From a virus (lineage: Duplodnaviria; Caudoviricetes), in the IMG/VR virus record IMGVR_UViG_3300021295_000001: a stretch of DNA of 64,000 nucleotides. One strand, given 5' to 3'. The position numbers and the translations under genes are program-made. The notes under the pieces are model-generated. The model worked only from the letters and a program-made list of their open reading frames with translations. It made no database searches and was not told the DNA's origin. Shown piece after piece: positions 8,651-18,818 of this stretch (positions within the stretch are counted from its first letter, which is position 1; the number at the start of each line of letters is the position of its first letter).

Positions 8651-9148
8651 ATGGAGGCAAACGACACGGGGTTCCTTCTGAATCCCAACAACATAAAACT
8701 GCACAGGATTTGGTTCAAGCAGATGTGCGACGCCATAGGCATAAAGGTCCTTCACAGGGCGCCCAGGGCGGACAAGCATTACAACGGAAGCGGTGAACTC
8801 GATTCGTTCTACTTCGAGCCAGAGGTGGTCGGTTGCATCTTCGACGAGCACCCGACGATATGGACGTGCAGGAAACTCGGATGGAACTCCGAATTGCAGG
8901 AGGATGCGTCCATAATACACATCCCCTACGACACCAAGGGAATCCAAGTTGGCTCGCTGTTCATCGTCCCAAGTGGCATAGACCACTCCGTCGGAAGGCT
9001 TTTCAGGGTGGTGCGCATGAGCACCATATCCGTTTACCCAGCGTCCATAGCCTGCGAGATTGCGCCCATGTGGCAATCCGATTTCGAGAAATCGCAACTC
9101 GACCACAAATACTCCGACTTCAGCCTGTTGGCAGACGAGGAGGAATAA
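8651..9148 (+). CDS. Neck/head-completion protein (gp14-like, by gene order)
   Basis: AAGGAGG RBS; position in the neck cluster; beta-rich IHIPYD..IQVGSLF..LFRV. Confidence 0.45.
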   Translation: MEANDTGFLLNPNNIKLHRIWFKQMCDAIGIKVLHRAPRADKHYNGSGELDSFYFEPEVVGCIFDEHPTIWTCRKLGWNSELQEDASIIHIPYDTKGIQVGSLFIVPSGIDHSVGRLFRVVRMSTISVYPASIACEIAPMWQSDFEKSQLDHKYSDFSLLADEEE

Positions 9149-9151
9149 CCC

Positions 9152-9544
9152 ATGGTGACCTACGTAAGCAGGGATTTCCCGCAGGAGTTCCTGCACCGTT
9201 GGTTGCCAGCGTTCGTCGCCAAAAGGATGCGTTCCAACTCCAACTCCGTGAGGGCCAAGGCGATGGACAAGGCGCTGAGGAACAAATACGGGGTTTCGCT
9301 CGACGACGTCATAATGGCTCTGTCGTCGACCGACATGGCCCAGGACGACGGGGCAAAGGAGAGGATAACCGTGCCCGCGGAGGCGACGCTGAACGGGCAT
9401 TCGCTCAGCGAGATAGTCAGGTTCGTGGACGACGGGGACCTAAGCGTGTTCGGCACTGGCCTGTACACCGACGCGTTGAGATTCGTCCATGACAACGCCA
9501 TGGACATATACAGGCTGTACATCGTAAGCGGAGGAGGATACTGA
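9152..9544 (+). CDS. Hypothetical virion morphogenesis protein
   Basis: GAGGAGG RBS; coupled to neighbouring genes. Confidence 0.5.
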   Translation: MVTYVSRDFPQEFLHRWLPAFVAKRMRSNSNSVRAKAMDKALRNKYGVSLDDVIMALSSTDMAQDDGAKERITVPAEATLNGHSLSEIVRFVDDGDLSVFGTGLYTDALRFVHDNAMDIYRLYIVSGGGY

Positions 9545-10212
9545 TGGCCGTTAGGTTCTACGACGACGCGCTCGCGTCCAAGATACAGAACTGGATTAAG
9601 GACGACTCGATAAAGGTCCTTAAGCCAGACGAGACTTCGAGGCTCTTCCGCATGAAGGCCGACGAGGGCATGGACAAGCCCATAGCGTTGCCCATCATCT
9701 CCCTATCCAGGGGCACCGACATCGAGATTCTCAACGTCGGGAAGAAGCCATTGAGTTACGACGGCCTCAGGTTGCGTTGCTACGACAAGCGCGGAAACGA
9801 GGTAACCCCCTCGTCGTCCGCTTACAAACTGAACGCGATACCGATTAGCATATCGTACAACCTCGACATATACACGAGGGACCTGGAGGAGTGCGACGAG
9901 TACATGAGGAACTTCGTGTTCAACTTCGTCAACTACCCGAAACTCACGATAACAATACCCTACAACGACGTGGACATCCACCACGATTCGACGGTGAGGC
10001 TTGAGCCAGTCGTGACGGACAACAGCGACATCCCAGAGAGGCTGTTCCCGTCCCAGTTCACGAGGTACACGCTTAGGCTCGTCGTCGACGACGCATACCT
10101 GTTCAGCGTGCCCGCGAAGCCGTTCGTGGCCATCTCCGAGGTGGGCCTCCGCGTAAAGGACTCGCCCGACGTCGATTCCACGTGGTCGGACGAAATGCCG
10201 ATAGGGGCTTAG
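9544..10212 (+). CDS. Tail terminator / sheath stabiliser (gp15-like)
   Basis: LPIISLSR..PISISYNLDIYT pattern; directly upstream of the sheath gene. Confidence 0.6.
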   Translation: MAVRFYDDALASKIQNWIKDDSIKVLKPDETSRLFRMKADEGMDKPIALPIISLSRGTDIEILNVGKKPLSYDGLRLRCYDKRGNEVTPSSSAYKLNAIPISISYNLDIYTRDLEECDEYMRNFVFNFVNYPKLTITIPYNDVDIHHDSTVRLEPVVTDNSDIPERLFPSQFTRYTLRLVVDDAYLFSVPAKPFVAISEVGLRVKDSPDVDSTWSDEMPIGA

Positions 10213-10216
10213 CGTT

Positions 10217-10225
10217 TGCTAAATT
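10217..10225 (+). promoter_or_regulatory. Putative late promoter TGCTAAATT
   Basis: Upstream of the sheath RBS (AGGAG). Confidence 0.7.
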
Positions 10226-10255
10226 ATATGATTTACCAGCATTAGGAGACACAAA

Positions 10256-11440
10256 ATGCCGAAAACCGTAATAAAAGAGATAGACAACACTGGCGTGCGC
10301 ATAGAAGACGGCGCCGACACTGTTTATATCATCGCCGAGAAGGCCAGTGGCGCCAGCATGGCCAAGCCAGTTTTGTGCACCCGCCTTTCCAAATTGACAA
10401 GCAAGGAAAGCGAATTAGCCTCGACGGGGCTTGGATACAAATTGGCCAAGTCGCTTTTGACCAGGGGCATCCACGTTCTCTATCAGGAGTTCGCCAGCGA
10501 TGGCGAGAGTGGCATAACGTTCTTGGAAGAGGGCGCTGACCTAACCAAAGCCATCGAGGACCAGAACCTGTACGACATCAGGTTCATCGTGTCTGGCGTT
10601 CCCCTCACCGACGCCCAACAGTTGAGGATTCTTGAAATCGCGTCCGTCAGGGGCGATTGCGTCGCGTTGCTGGACCACCCCGAGGATTGCGAATCGGAAA
10701 AACAGGTCGAGGAATACTTCTCTTCGCTCGTCGGCACCGCCGTGCCGCCCGACTCTGCCATAAACTGGTCAAACGCCGTGGCCGTAACCCCGTGGTATTC
10801 CGACTCCGAGATAGGGGACAGCGTACCCGCTTCGTTCGGCTACCTAATCGCTTATGCCGAAAGCGTCAGGCTGAACCCGTCGTGGTTCGCCGTCGCTGGC
10901 GCGTTCAGGGGCGTCATCCCCACATTGGTTGGCGTGAACGTGAATTACACCTCGGCCGAAGTCGAGGCCTTGCAATGCGTGCCATTCGGTGGCTCCTCAA
11001 GCGCCGAGCCTACCCTATCGTTCGCCATCAACCCGATTTCCTACGTCCGCCCAGTCGGCTACGTAATCAACGGCAACAGGACCTTGCTCGTCAACGAAGG
11101 CGCCACCAGCGAAGACGTGGTTCTCAAGGCCACCTCGTTCCTCAACATAAGGAACCTCGTTTCGGCGTTGCACAAGAGGATGTTCGAAGCAGCCAACAGA
11201 TACCGTTTCGAGCAGAACGACGACCTGCTTTGGGTCAACTTCACCTCGGAGATAATCCCGCTTTTGGAACAGATGAAATCCGACAGGGGACTCAACAACT
11301 ACACCATCACGAGGCTCGCCACCGACAAGAAGGCCCAGGTTCGCGGAAGGGTGACCATATCGCCCATCGAGGCCGTCGAGGACTTCGATTTGGAAATCGA
11401 GTTGTCCGATTCAACGGACGAGCCCGTCGTGATTGCCTAA
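10256..11440 (+). CDS. Contractile tail sheath protein
   Basis: RGDCVALLD, WFAVAGAFRG, INPI, GNRTL, LNIRNL, FEQNDD, PIEAVE. Confidence 0.9.
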   Translation: MPKTVIKEIDNTGVRIEDGADTVYIIAEKASGASMAKPVLCTRLSKLTSKESELASTGLGYKLAKSLLTRGIHVLYQEFASDGESGITFLEEGADLTKAIEDQNLYDIRFIVSGVPLTDAQQLRILEIASVRGDCVALLDHPEDCESEKQVEEYFSSLVGTAVPPDSAINWSNAVAVTPWYSDSEIGDSVPASFGYLIAYAESVRLNPSWFAVAGAFRGVIPTLVGVNVNYTSAEVEALQCVPFGGSSSAEPTLSFAINPISYVRPVGYVINGNRTLLVNEGATSEDVVLKATSFLNIRNLVSALHKRMFEAANRYRFEQNDDLLWVNFTSEIIPLLEQMKSDRGLNNYTITRLATDKKAQVRGRVTISPIEAVEDFDLEIELSDSTDEPVVIA

Positions 11441-11458
11441 TTGGAGGAACAGAAACAG

Positions 11459-12052
11459 ATGAAACACAGCGCATGGCATTTGGCCGATAATCCCAAACTA
11501 TACGAACCCGCTAGGAACAACAACTTCGAGTTCGTGGTCACGGGAATCGACACCCTGTTGAAGGCTGGCTTGGACGACGCCGTCGCCCACAGCGCCAACT
11601 CCTTCATAAAGAACGCGCAGGAAACGATACGCCTATCCGTCGTATCCTCCTCGGTCCCCCATTTCTCTTTGGGCAAAATAGAGGTCAAGCGTGGCAACGA
11701 CACCATCAAGTTCGCTGGCACCCCCACGTTCTCCGATTTGCCTTTGGTCCTGAACGACTACATGGGCGCCAAGACCAAGGACGCCCTCCTCGCGTGGCAG
11801 GCATTGGCCTACAACGTCAGGAACGGCTACATCAACAAGGCCACCGTCTACAAGAAGGACTGCAGGTTGCTCGAGTATTCCCCCGACTATCAGGAGGTCC
11901 TGAGGGAGTGGGTAATCGAGGGCGCTTGGGTTCAGGAAGTGTCCGAAGACCCCTTCTCCAACGAGAACGAGGGAAAGCGCACCGTGAACGTGACTGTCGT
12001 TTACGACAGGGCTTACCCGACTGACGCCAACATCGTCAAGGAAGACGAGTAA
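11459..12052 (+). CDS. Tail tube protein (gp19-like)
   Basis: YEPARNNNF, KFAGTPTF, YKKD, W.IEGAW, VVYDRA; follows the sheath gene. Confidence 0.85.
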   Translation: MKHSAWHLADNPKLYEPARNNNFEFVVTGIDTLLKAGLDDAVAHSANSFIKNAQETIRLSVVSSSVPHFSLGKIEVKRGNDTIKFAGTPTFSDLPLVLNDYMGAKTKDALLAWQALAYNVRNGYINKATVYKKDCRLLEYSPDYQEVLREWVIEGAWVQEVSEDPFSNENEGKRTVNVTVVYDRAYPTDANIVKEDE

Positions 12053-12062
12053 AAGACAATCT

Positions 12063-12084
12063 CCGAGGCCGTGCCTCGGTTTTT
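12063..12084 (+). terminator. Rho-independent terminator
   Basis: CCGAGGC-CGT-GCCTCGG-TTTTT. Confidence 0.75.
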
Positions 12085-12098
12085 GTTTGCCCAAATGC

Positions 12099-12130
12099 TT
12101 TTTATAATTTTATAAAAATCGTGCTAAATT
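12099..12130 (+). promoter_or_regulatory. AT-rich quasi-palindrome plus late promoter TGCTAAATT
   Basis: TTTTTATAATTTTATAAAAA (12099-12118); motif at 12122-12130. Confidence 0.6.
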
Positions 12131-12157
12131 CAGGTGAAAGTTCAAAGGGGATTTTCC

Positions 12158-12346
12158 GTGAAGATAAAGGTTACAGAGAAAGAATCGAACGCAAAGCCCA
12201 AAGTCGTGGCGTTGGCGATGCCAGAAAGACTGCGCGCCTCCATAAAGAAGGAGGCGTACGAGAACGACATCTCGTTCTCGGCCATGGTGAGAAGGATATT
12301 GGAGGAGCATTACTCCAAACAGTCCGAAGCGCAGGAAGGGCGCTAA
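12158..12346 (+). CDS. Ribbon-helix-helix (Arc/CopG-like) DNA-binding protein
   Basis: VALAMPERLRASIKKEAYENDISFSAMVRRILEE; AAGGGG RBS before GTG 12158. Confidence 0.65.
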   Translation: MKIKVTEKESNAKPKVVALAMPERLRASIKKEAYENDISFSAMVRRILEEHYSKQSEAQEGR

Positions 12347-12349
12347 ATT
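12342..12349 (+). promoter_or_regulatory. Putative late promoter GCTAAATT
   Basis: Overlaps the RHH stop codon; upstream of the hub-assembly gene. Confidence 0.5.
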
Positions 12350-12362
12350 CAGGGAGCATATC

Positions 12363-13118
12363 ATGATTGGAACTAGCATTCAGGAAACATTCGTATTGCC
12401 TTCGCATGGCAAGGTTTACGGCGAGGAATTCGACCCGCACGTGACGTTGCGTAGCATGACGACGCTCGAGGAGATGAGGCGCCTGTCCCACGGCGATTCG
12501 GAATACAGGATTATGTCCGACATAATCGACGCGTGCATAACGAGCAAACTCCCGATTTCGTCCTACGACATGTGTTTGGGCGACTATCAGTTCCTGCTTC
12601 ACAAACTGAGGGCCGTGACCTATGGCAAGGAATACAAGATGGCCTACCAGTGCCCGAATTGCGGTGAGGTGGTCAGCACCACCGTGGACCTCGACGACCT
12701 GGACGTGGTGGAATACGACGAGGAGGCGTTGGGGAGCATGTCCCTTACCTTGCCCGTCACCGAGAAGAAGATTACGCTCAGCATGCAGACGCCCAGGATG
12801 TTGGACGAAATAAAGGAAAAGGCCAAGGCGCTAAAGAAGAAAACGAAGGACCAAGCCGTGAACTACGAGATTCTGTTCGCGACGATGTCGTTCATATCGA
12901 CCGTCGAAGGCAAGACGATGGACGAGCCCCATTTGGAACAATTCGTGAGGGACCTCCCCATGAAGGACGTGTACGCCATAATACAGAAGGGCGACGAACT
13001 TAACAGAAAGGTAGGGTTGGACACCTCGATAATCGCAATCTGCCCAGAGTGCGGTTACGAGAGTGTCACGCAGTTTCGCATCCAACCAGAGTTTTTTGGA
13101 CCCAGTGTCGTTGTCTGA
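12363..13118 (+). CDS. Baseplate hub / tail assembly chaperone (gp26-like)
   Basis: LPSHG, MTTLEE, GDYQFLL.KLR, CPNC, CPEC, near-terminal EFF; lies between tube and tape measure. Confidence 0.7.
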   Translation: MIGTSIQETFVLPSHGKVYGEEFDPHVTLRSMTTLEEMRRLSHGDSEYRIMSDIIDACITSKLPISSYDMCLGDYQFLLHKLRAVTYGKEYKMAYQCPNCGEVVSTTVDLDDLDVVEYDEEALGSMSLTLPVTEKKITLSMQTPRMLDEIKEKAKALKKKTKDQAVNYEILFATMSFISTVEGKTMDEPHLEQFVRDLPMKDVYAIIQKGDELNRKVGLDTSIIAICPECGYESVTQFRIQPEFFGPSVVV

Positions 13119-13326
13119 CGGCACGCCGTATGGCCCAAGCAGGTACAAGGAGATAGTGTTGGAGTGCTATCGCATAAGCGGTAGGATAAACACCTCGTAC
13201 ACCGACGTCATGCAGATAACGCCGTTGGAGAGGAAATACATACTCAGCATGCTGGACCTGGAGGACAAGAAACGGGAAGAGGAACTCACCAAGATAAAGC
13301 AAAGCGCTTCTAGCAAGAAGAGATAA
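13063..13326 (+). CDS. gp51-like small tail assembly protein, possibly expressed by frameshift
   Basis: SYTDVMQITPLERKYIL motif; overlaps the upstream ORF across GAG-TTTTTT-GG; no clear RBS; start uncertain. Confidence 0.55.
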   Translation: MSRSFASNQSFLDPVSLSDGTPYGPSRYKEIVLECYRISGRINTSYTDVMQITPLERKYILSMLDLEDKKREEELTKIKQSASSKKR

Positions 13327-13341
13327 CGAAAGGAGGCCGTC

Positions 13342-15342
13342 ATGGCGGGAGAAAAATACGATTACACGATACCGAAGAACCAGATAATCGACATCAACTA
13401 CGACCAGCGCACGTTGAACGAGTTTTTCAAAATGCTCCACGACGGCTACAAAAAACTAACAGAAGAGCGCAAGAAGAACGAAAAACTAATCGCCGAGGAA
13501 AACAAAAAACGAGCCAAAGAGGAAGCGAAACTCAGGCTCGCCGAGCAAAACAAGAACTTCAAAGCAGTCCGCGAACAGGAAAGGAAACTCGCGCAAGAGA
13601 GGTACAAGGAGAACAAGGAGTACCTAAAGGAGTACGAGAAACTGACCAGGTCAGGCAAAGAACTGACGCCTGAGCAAAAAGAAGACCTTAAGACTAGGAA
13701 AGAGGAAATCCAACTCGCGAAAAGTGGAAAACTCAGTAAAGTTGCATCCGTCTCGAAATCGTTGTTAAATACCGTTGTTTCCGCATTGGGCAAACTGTCG
13801 TCTGGCATAGACAGCGCCATGAAAACATACGTCGGTTACCAAACTGGCATAAACGCCAGGTTGCAAGGTAGCATTCCTGGCGTGAACAACTATTTCAGGA
13901 TGCTCGAGACGAACATACAAAGCAGGGTCGGCATCACGAGTTTGTTCAAAACCGAGACCATGATGAACAATCTGCAGAAATTGGTTCAGGCGGGCGTCGC
14001 CACGGATTTGGAACAACGCGCGTTCCTCAACACACTCAAAGACGACATCGCGACGACGTTCAATGCAGCCAACGGAACCCTTTTGCGCTTGATTAGGTTA
14101 CAGAGCCAAGACTCAACGGCGATGCGTTTGGGCATGGAGGCCTATTTGACCAAATTCCTCAACGAAACCGTAAAGAACACCGAGTACCTTTCCAAGACGT
14201 TCGACGACGTCGAATCGGCCTTGGTCGAGGCGCAGGCCGTCCTCAACAGCGCTGGGGCGTCGGCAGAAATGGAATACGTCGTGCAGAAATGGTTGGGCGT
14301 CCTGACTGGCAGGGGCCTTTCCGAACAGGCTGCCTCCAACATAGCGACCGCATTGGGGCAATTGGGTAGCGCCGACATAAACGCCCTCTCTGGCTCCGAC
14401 ATGAATTACCTTTTGCAAATGGCCGTTTCACGCGCTGGCAAATCGTATACCGACATCATGCAACAAGGATTGACCGCAGGTACGGCGAACGACGTCATGC
14501 GCGCTATGGTGGAATACATGTCCGAGGTAGGTGGCATGTCCAACGTACAGCGTTCCGCCTTGGCCAACGTCATGGGCGTGAGCGTATCCGACCTCATTTC
14601 GGCGTCCAACATATCAGCGAGCGAACTGTCCAAAGTAACGTCGGACATGCTTTCGTATTCCGCGATGTTCTCCGAACTAGAGACGCAGATGGGGACCTTA
14701 TACGAAAGGATTCCCGAAACGGCCAGGTTAAGTACATACTTCGAGAACCTGCAGTTCAAGATGGGCTCCCAGATGGCAAGCGACCCAGTGATGGCTGCCA
14801 CTTGGTATCTGGCAAACATGGTTGAGCACGCGACTGGTGGCATAAACATCCCAGTCGTCGGAGGAACCGTCACTGGCGCGATAAAGGCTGGCATAATCGG
14901 TGCCGACGCCTTTAACCTCGTGGGACCCATACTGGCTGGAATCGGGAACATGCAGGACCCGACCGCGATACTGTCCCAATTGGGCATTTCCGCACCAGTG
15001 GCAGAATCACGTGGCACGGGTTTGAGGAGCAGGGCACGCGGTTACAGCACGTCGGAAACATCCTATATAGGCTCTTCTGATTCGGATGTTCTTTACCAAG
15101 AAACGATGGCCAGGGTGCACAAAGAAGCGACGCAGATTCAGGCCATGGTGGACGAGGAGGACCCGTCGAAAGCCATAAACTCATATCTGTCCGAAACGTT
15201 GGAAGGGCACATGATAGGCATAGAGGAAAAACTCGCGACGGTTATAGAGAGGATGGACGAAGGCACGTTCAGGGTAAGGGACGACGCCTTGAACTCGTCC
15301 GTCAGCAGATTGGCCGAAACGGTGAACGACATCGGGTTCTGA
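13342..15342 (+). CDS. Tape measure protein
   Basis: AAGGAGG RBS; helical A/S/G/L-rich with N-terminal coiled coil; gene order. Confidence 0.7.
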   Translation: MAGEKYDYTIPKNQIIDINYDQRTLNEFFKMLHDGYKKLTEERKKNEKLIAEENKKRAKEEAKLRLAEQNKNFKAVREQERKLAQERYKENKEYLKEYEKLTRSGKELTPEQKEDLKTRKEEIQLAKSGKLSKVASVSKSLLNTVVSALGKLSSGIDSAMKTYVGYQTGINARLQGSIPGVNNYFRMLETNIQSRVGITSLFKTETMMNNLQKLVQAGVATDLEQRAFLNTLKDDIATTFNAANGTLLRLIRLQSQDSTAMRLGMEAYLTKFLNETVKNTEYLSKTFDDVESALVEAQAVLNSAGASAEMEYVVQKWLGVLTGRGLSEQAASNIATALGQLGSADINALSGSDMNYLLQMAVSRAGKSYTDIMQQGLTAGTANDVMRAMVEYMSEVGGMSNVQRSALANVMGVSVSDLISASNISASELSKVTSDMLSYSAMFSELETQMGTLYERIPETARLSTYFENLQFKMGSQMASDPVMAATWYLANMVEHATGGINIPVVGGTVTGAIKAGIIGADAFNLVGPILAGIGNMQDPTAILSQLGISAPVAESRGTGLRSRARGYSTSETSYIGSSDSDVLYQETMARVHKEATQIQAMVDEEDPSKAINSYLSETLEGHMIGIEEKLATVIERMDEGTFRVRDDALNSSVSRLAETVNDIGF

Positions 15343-15352
15343 CGGAGGTAAG

Positions 15353-16609
15353 ATGATGATTCGTCTAAACGACGACGGGGTTGCCGTCGGATACATCAAA
15401 AGCATATTGCACGGATTCGAATTGCCTTCGTGCAAAGTCATAAAAGACGGGGATTCCCCGTCTTTGGGTATTGGCGAGCCGTTCATAAAGGGTGGTTTCA
15501 TATATGTCAACGAGGAAGGCGGACCCAGGCGCGTCCGCCCCTATAAATGGGGTGACCGCGTGCACGGCATAACCAAGAACATGCGCCTCGACGGAATGAC
15601 ATACGACTACCACACGCATGAATATCTTGGCGAATACCTCAGGTTTTTGCGCGATTATCGCGGAATCGACCTGATGGGAATGTACAATTGCTTTGATTAT
15701 TTCAGCCCGTCTGGGGTGGAATTCGAGGCAGATGGCACGAAATTCTCATCCTACGATGACACGCACGTCCTTTACTGCTTCCCCGCAAAATTCGGGGAGA
15801 AATACAACATATTCGTCGATTGGCTCGGTGAGATAGATTACTGTTTCGCCTATTATTCGAGCGGAAGCGTCGTCACGCCGTTGTCTGGGACCAAAGGTGT
15901 ATTGCACGGCTCTACTTTCGAAAGCCCCTCGTATGTGTTCGCCCCAGCGTGGGAGCCGACGACAACGACGAACCCAGACACCGAGGAGGAGGAAACAACC
16001 CCAGCGCACCCGCAATACGATTGGACCAAAGCCAACGAATTGAAGATGTTCGTCTCGATACCAAAGGCCCACAAATCGAGCGTGGTGGTGCTTGAGGGCG
16101 TGTACCACGCGCTCAAGGCAATCGTCAGGGATTATGCCGAGGTTTTAGGCGATGCCTTGTTCGAATACATACCGCTTATCGAAGCAAGAAGGTCGGGCAA
16201 GGACCACCGCATCCAATATATTTGGGGCGACCTGACTGGCAACTACGATTACAATTGCAAACACCAATTGACGATTGCGGATTACGACGACAAGAACCTA
16301 TTGGCCGACAGGCTGTTGGAGTATCTGTCCAACCAAGCCATAACTGGCGCGGACCCCGTGGTGCATAACGTCAAGAGATTGCAGAAGACGCTGAAGGAAA
16401 CGGATGGCGCTGGTTACGAAGGGCCAGTGGATGGCATTTGGAACGACGACATGCGAAAAGCGATGTACAGGTACGTGTGCAATGGCAGTGCGGACGGGGA
16501 ATCGCTCCTGATAGACGAAAAATACGACGTTATTTCGTTCTGCGACAAGGACATGGAGAGGAAACTCGGATACCTCAAGCGCATCGACGAATACGAAGGG
16601 GGTAACTGA
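15353..16609 (+). CDS. Tail/baseplate protein with a C-terminal peptidoglycan-binding-like motif
   Basis: VKRLQKTL..G..VDGIWN resembles PG_binding_1. Confidence 0.45.
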   Translation: MMIRLNDDGVAVGYIKSILHGFELPSCKVIKDGDSPSLGIGEPFIKGGFIYVNEEGGPRRVRPYKWGDRVHGITKNMRLDGMTYDYHTHEYLGEYLRFLRDYRGIDLMGMYNCFDYFSPSGVEFEADGTKFSSYDDTHVLYCFPAKFGEKYNIFVDWLGEIDYCFAYYSSGSVVTPLSGTKGVLHGSTFESPSYVFAPAWEPTTTTNPDTEEEETTPAHPQYDWTKANELKMFVSIPKAHKSSVVVLEGVYHALKAIVRDYAEVLGDALFEYIPLIEARRSGKDHRIQYIWGDLTGNYDYNCKHQLTIADYDDKNLLADRLLEYLSNQAITGADPVVHNVKRLQKTLKETDGAGYEGPVDGIWNDDMRKAMYRYVCNGSADGESLLIDEKYDVISFCDKDMERKLGYLKRIDEYEGGN

Positions 16610-16611
16610 CC

Positions 16612-17181
16612 ATGTCAAAGGAAGTGGACATAAACAGGCAGAATTACATATACCTTTTCCACACGGACGAGTTTCTGTATTTGCCAGAATACCCAGACGA
16701 GATTTCCGACAAGATGACGTCGACCTTCGCGCAGACCAACGCGTTGGCGAGGACGGCGCCTGTGTTCACCTATTCGAATTCGGGGCCCAGAACCGTGAAC
16801 ATCAGGGTCCATCTGCACAGGGACCTAATAGAATTCTCCAATTCTGGCTCCCGCATGAAAACGGAGGACGGCGAGGATTTGGTCGACGCGCTGATAAAGA
16901 AGATACAGGCGATAGCGTTGCCTACGTACAACGCGGAGATGAAGAAGATGACCCCTCCGTCCATAGCCGTTAGAATCGGCAACGAACTGTTCGTCAGGGG
17001 CGTCGTGCAAGGCGGTGTGTCAATCACGTACGAGAAGCCAATAATCAAAGGGAACAAATACGCGCAGGCCACGATAGCGTTCGACGTTTACGAGACGGAC
17101 CCATACGACGCGGTCAGCGTTTCGAAGGCGGGGTCGTTCAGGGGCCTTACGAGCACGTTCAAGGACGGCAGGTTCGTTTGA
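16612..17181 (+). CDS. Tail tube initiator / baseplate cap protein
   Basis: ARTAPVFTYSNSGPRTV..ALPTY..PPSIAVRIG. Confidence 0.65.
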   Translation: MSKEVDINRQNYIYLFHTDEFLYLPEYPDEISDKMTSTFAQTNALARTAPVFTYSNSGPRTVNIRVHLHRDLIEFSNSGSRMKTEDGEDLVDALIKKIQAIALPTYNAEMKKMTPPSIAVRIGNELFVRGVVQGGVSITYEKPIIKGNKYAQATIAFDVYETDPYDAVSVSKAGSFRGLTSTFKDGRFV

Positions 17182-17194
17182 TGGAGGAACATGA

Positions 17195-17518
17195 ATGGAC
17201 GATTTGAAGGATAGGTCATACAGAAACTACGATTACGTTTCCAGATACGCCCCGTTCCCCTATTATTACAACAAAAGGGACGGAAAGTACGTCTACGGGA
17301 TGACGTCTCAACTCAAAGTCGAAGGCGTTCCTTTCGTGGCGCACAAAGTGATGCAGGAAGACACATTGGATTCGATTTCCCTTAAGTACTACGGTCGCCC
17401 AGACCTTTATTGGATTATAGCGGATTTCAACAGAATCCAGGACCCTTTGGCGCCTCTTTTCGGGAATCACGAAGTAATAAACGTGCCGAATTTGGGAAAC
17501 GTTGAGTTCGAGGGGTGA
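17195..17518 (+). CDS. LysM-like baseplate wedge protein (gp53-like)
   Basis: DTLDSISLKYYGRPDLYWIIADFN. Confidence 0.8.
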   Translation: MDDLKDRSYRNYDYVSRYAPFPYYYNKRDGKYVYGMTSQLKVEGVPFVAHKVMQEDTLDSISLKYYGRPDLYWIIADFNRIQDPLAPLFGNHEVINVPNLGNVEFEG

Positions 17519-17522
17519 CGGA

Positions 17523-18818
17523 ATGGATAAGCAAAACAACCTCAACCTGCTATCCGTAACGTCAAGGGTCGAGGCGCCGTTCATAAAGGTCACGATAGGG
17601 AACTACGTTTTCGGCGTGTTCCAAAAGGTCGGGAACGTAATCAGGGACAACAAGGTACTGTCCGAGGTGACTTACCCGAACTACATAAAGGGCCTCGATA
17701 TAGAGAAGATAAACGGCGTGGTCAACAAATACACGTTGCACATAGACTACGCCATCACGGAGAACGACGACCCGAACTTCTTCGAGAAGGTTTTCTCGAG
17801 CATCGCGAAGTCAAGGAAGATAGTGTTCGAATACGGGGATATGAGCACCCCATCTTTCTGCTATAAGAAGGAGGAGGCTTTGTTCCTCCGAGCCGACAGT
17901 TCGGTCAACGCGTCGTCGGCCGTCACATCGTACAAGGTTTACGCCGTAAGCAACGCGAACGCGGTTTCGGTCGGCAAATACAACTTCCCAGCCAGAAAGG
18001 CGAAGCCGAGCACCGTCATACGCGATTTGCTTTACAGGCCAGACAGGAACTACGGGTTGTTGGAGGTGTTCCCTGGCATGTCCAACGAGACGCTCGTGTA
18101 CGTCAGGAACCTCATATTCTCCAACGACATGTCGGTAAACCTTGAAATGAAGACCAACATTTCCGTGTTGGATTACATAACTTATTTGGTCAATCAGATG
18201 GTGCCGACCCCATCGAGCGGGTTGCTCAACGACTCGAAGTTCGCGCTCGTCGTCGTGGACGACACGTCTGGCGAGTTCGGCGGAACGTATTTCAAGGTCC
18301 AAAACGCGAATTTGGTCGACGAGGACAACTACGCCTACTCGGTCGACATCGGCTATCCCTCAAAGAACACCGTAGTGGACTTCAAGGTATCCGAGGACGA
18401 CACATACGCGATATACTACGAATTCTCGGAGAAACTGAACGATTCTAAGTACGTGGCCAGGATAAACGATGACGGCACCATGGACGAGGTTTTGGGCCCA
18501 GTCATAGGCACCAGTTCCGCCCACAGGGTAACGCTTGGCACGGAGAAGACCTGGTGGACCAACATGACCAAGTTCCCCGTGAAGGCTACTTTGAGGATTA
18601 GGGGCTTGCTCAGGCCAGCGTTGCTGATGGCGAACGTCAGGATTAACGTGTATTTCTGGGGTAAGAAACACGTGTGGAGCGGTCTGTACGTCGTGACTGG
18701 CGAAAGGGATTCCGTGAACGAAAGCGGTTTCACCACGGACCTCAGCCTGCTCAGGGTCGACGGGACAAACTACATGACTGGCTATGACGATTCGGTCGGA
18801 TTGGGGGCTAGGAAATGA
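17523..18818 (+). CDS. Baseplate hub protein
   Basis: C-terminal ATLRIRG..WSGLYVVT..GFTTDLSLLR; gene order. Confidence 0.65.
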   Translation: MDKQNNLNLLSVTSRVEAPFIKVTIGNYVFGVFQKVGNVIRDNKVLSEVTYPNYIKGLDIEKINGVVNKYTLHIDYAITENDDPNFFEKVFSSIAKSRKIVFEYGDMSTPSFCYKKEEALFLRADSSVNASSAVTSYKVYAVSNANAVSVGKYNFPARKAKPSTVIRDLLYRPDRNYGLLEVFPGMSNETLVYVRNLIFSNDMSVNLEMKTNISVLDYITYLVNQMVPTPSSGLLNDSKFALVVVDDTSGEFGGTYFKVQNANLVDEDNYAYSVDIGYPSKNTVVDFKVSEDDTYAIYYEFSEKLNDSKYVARINDDGTMDEVLGPVIGTSSAHRVTLGTEKTWWTNMTKFPVKATLRIRGLLRPALLMANVRINVYFWGKKHVWSGLYVVTGERDSVNESGFTTDLSLLRVDGTNYMTGYDDSVGLGARK

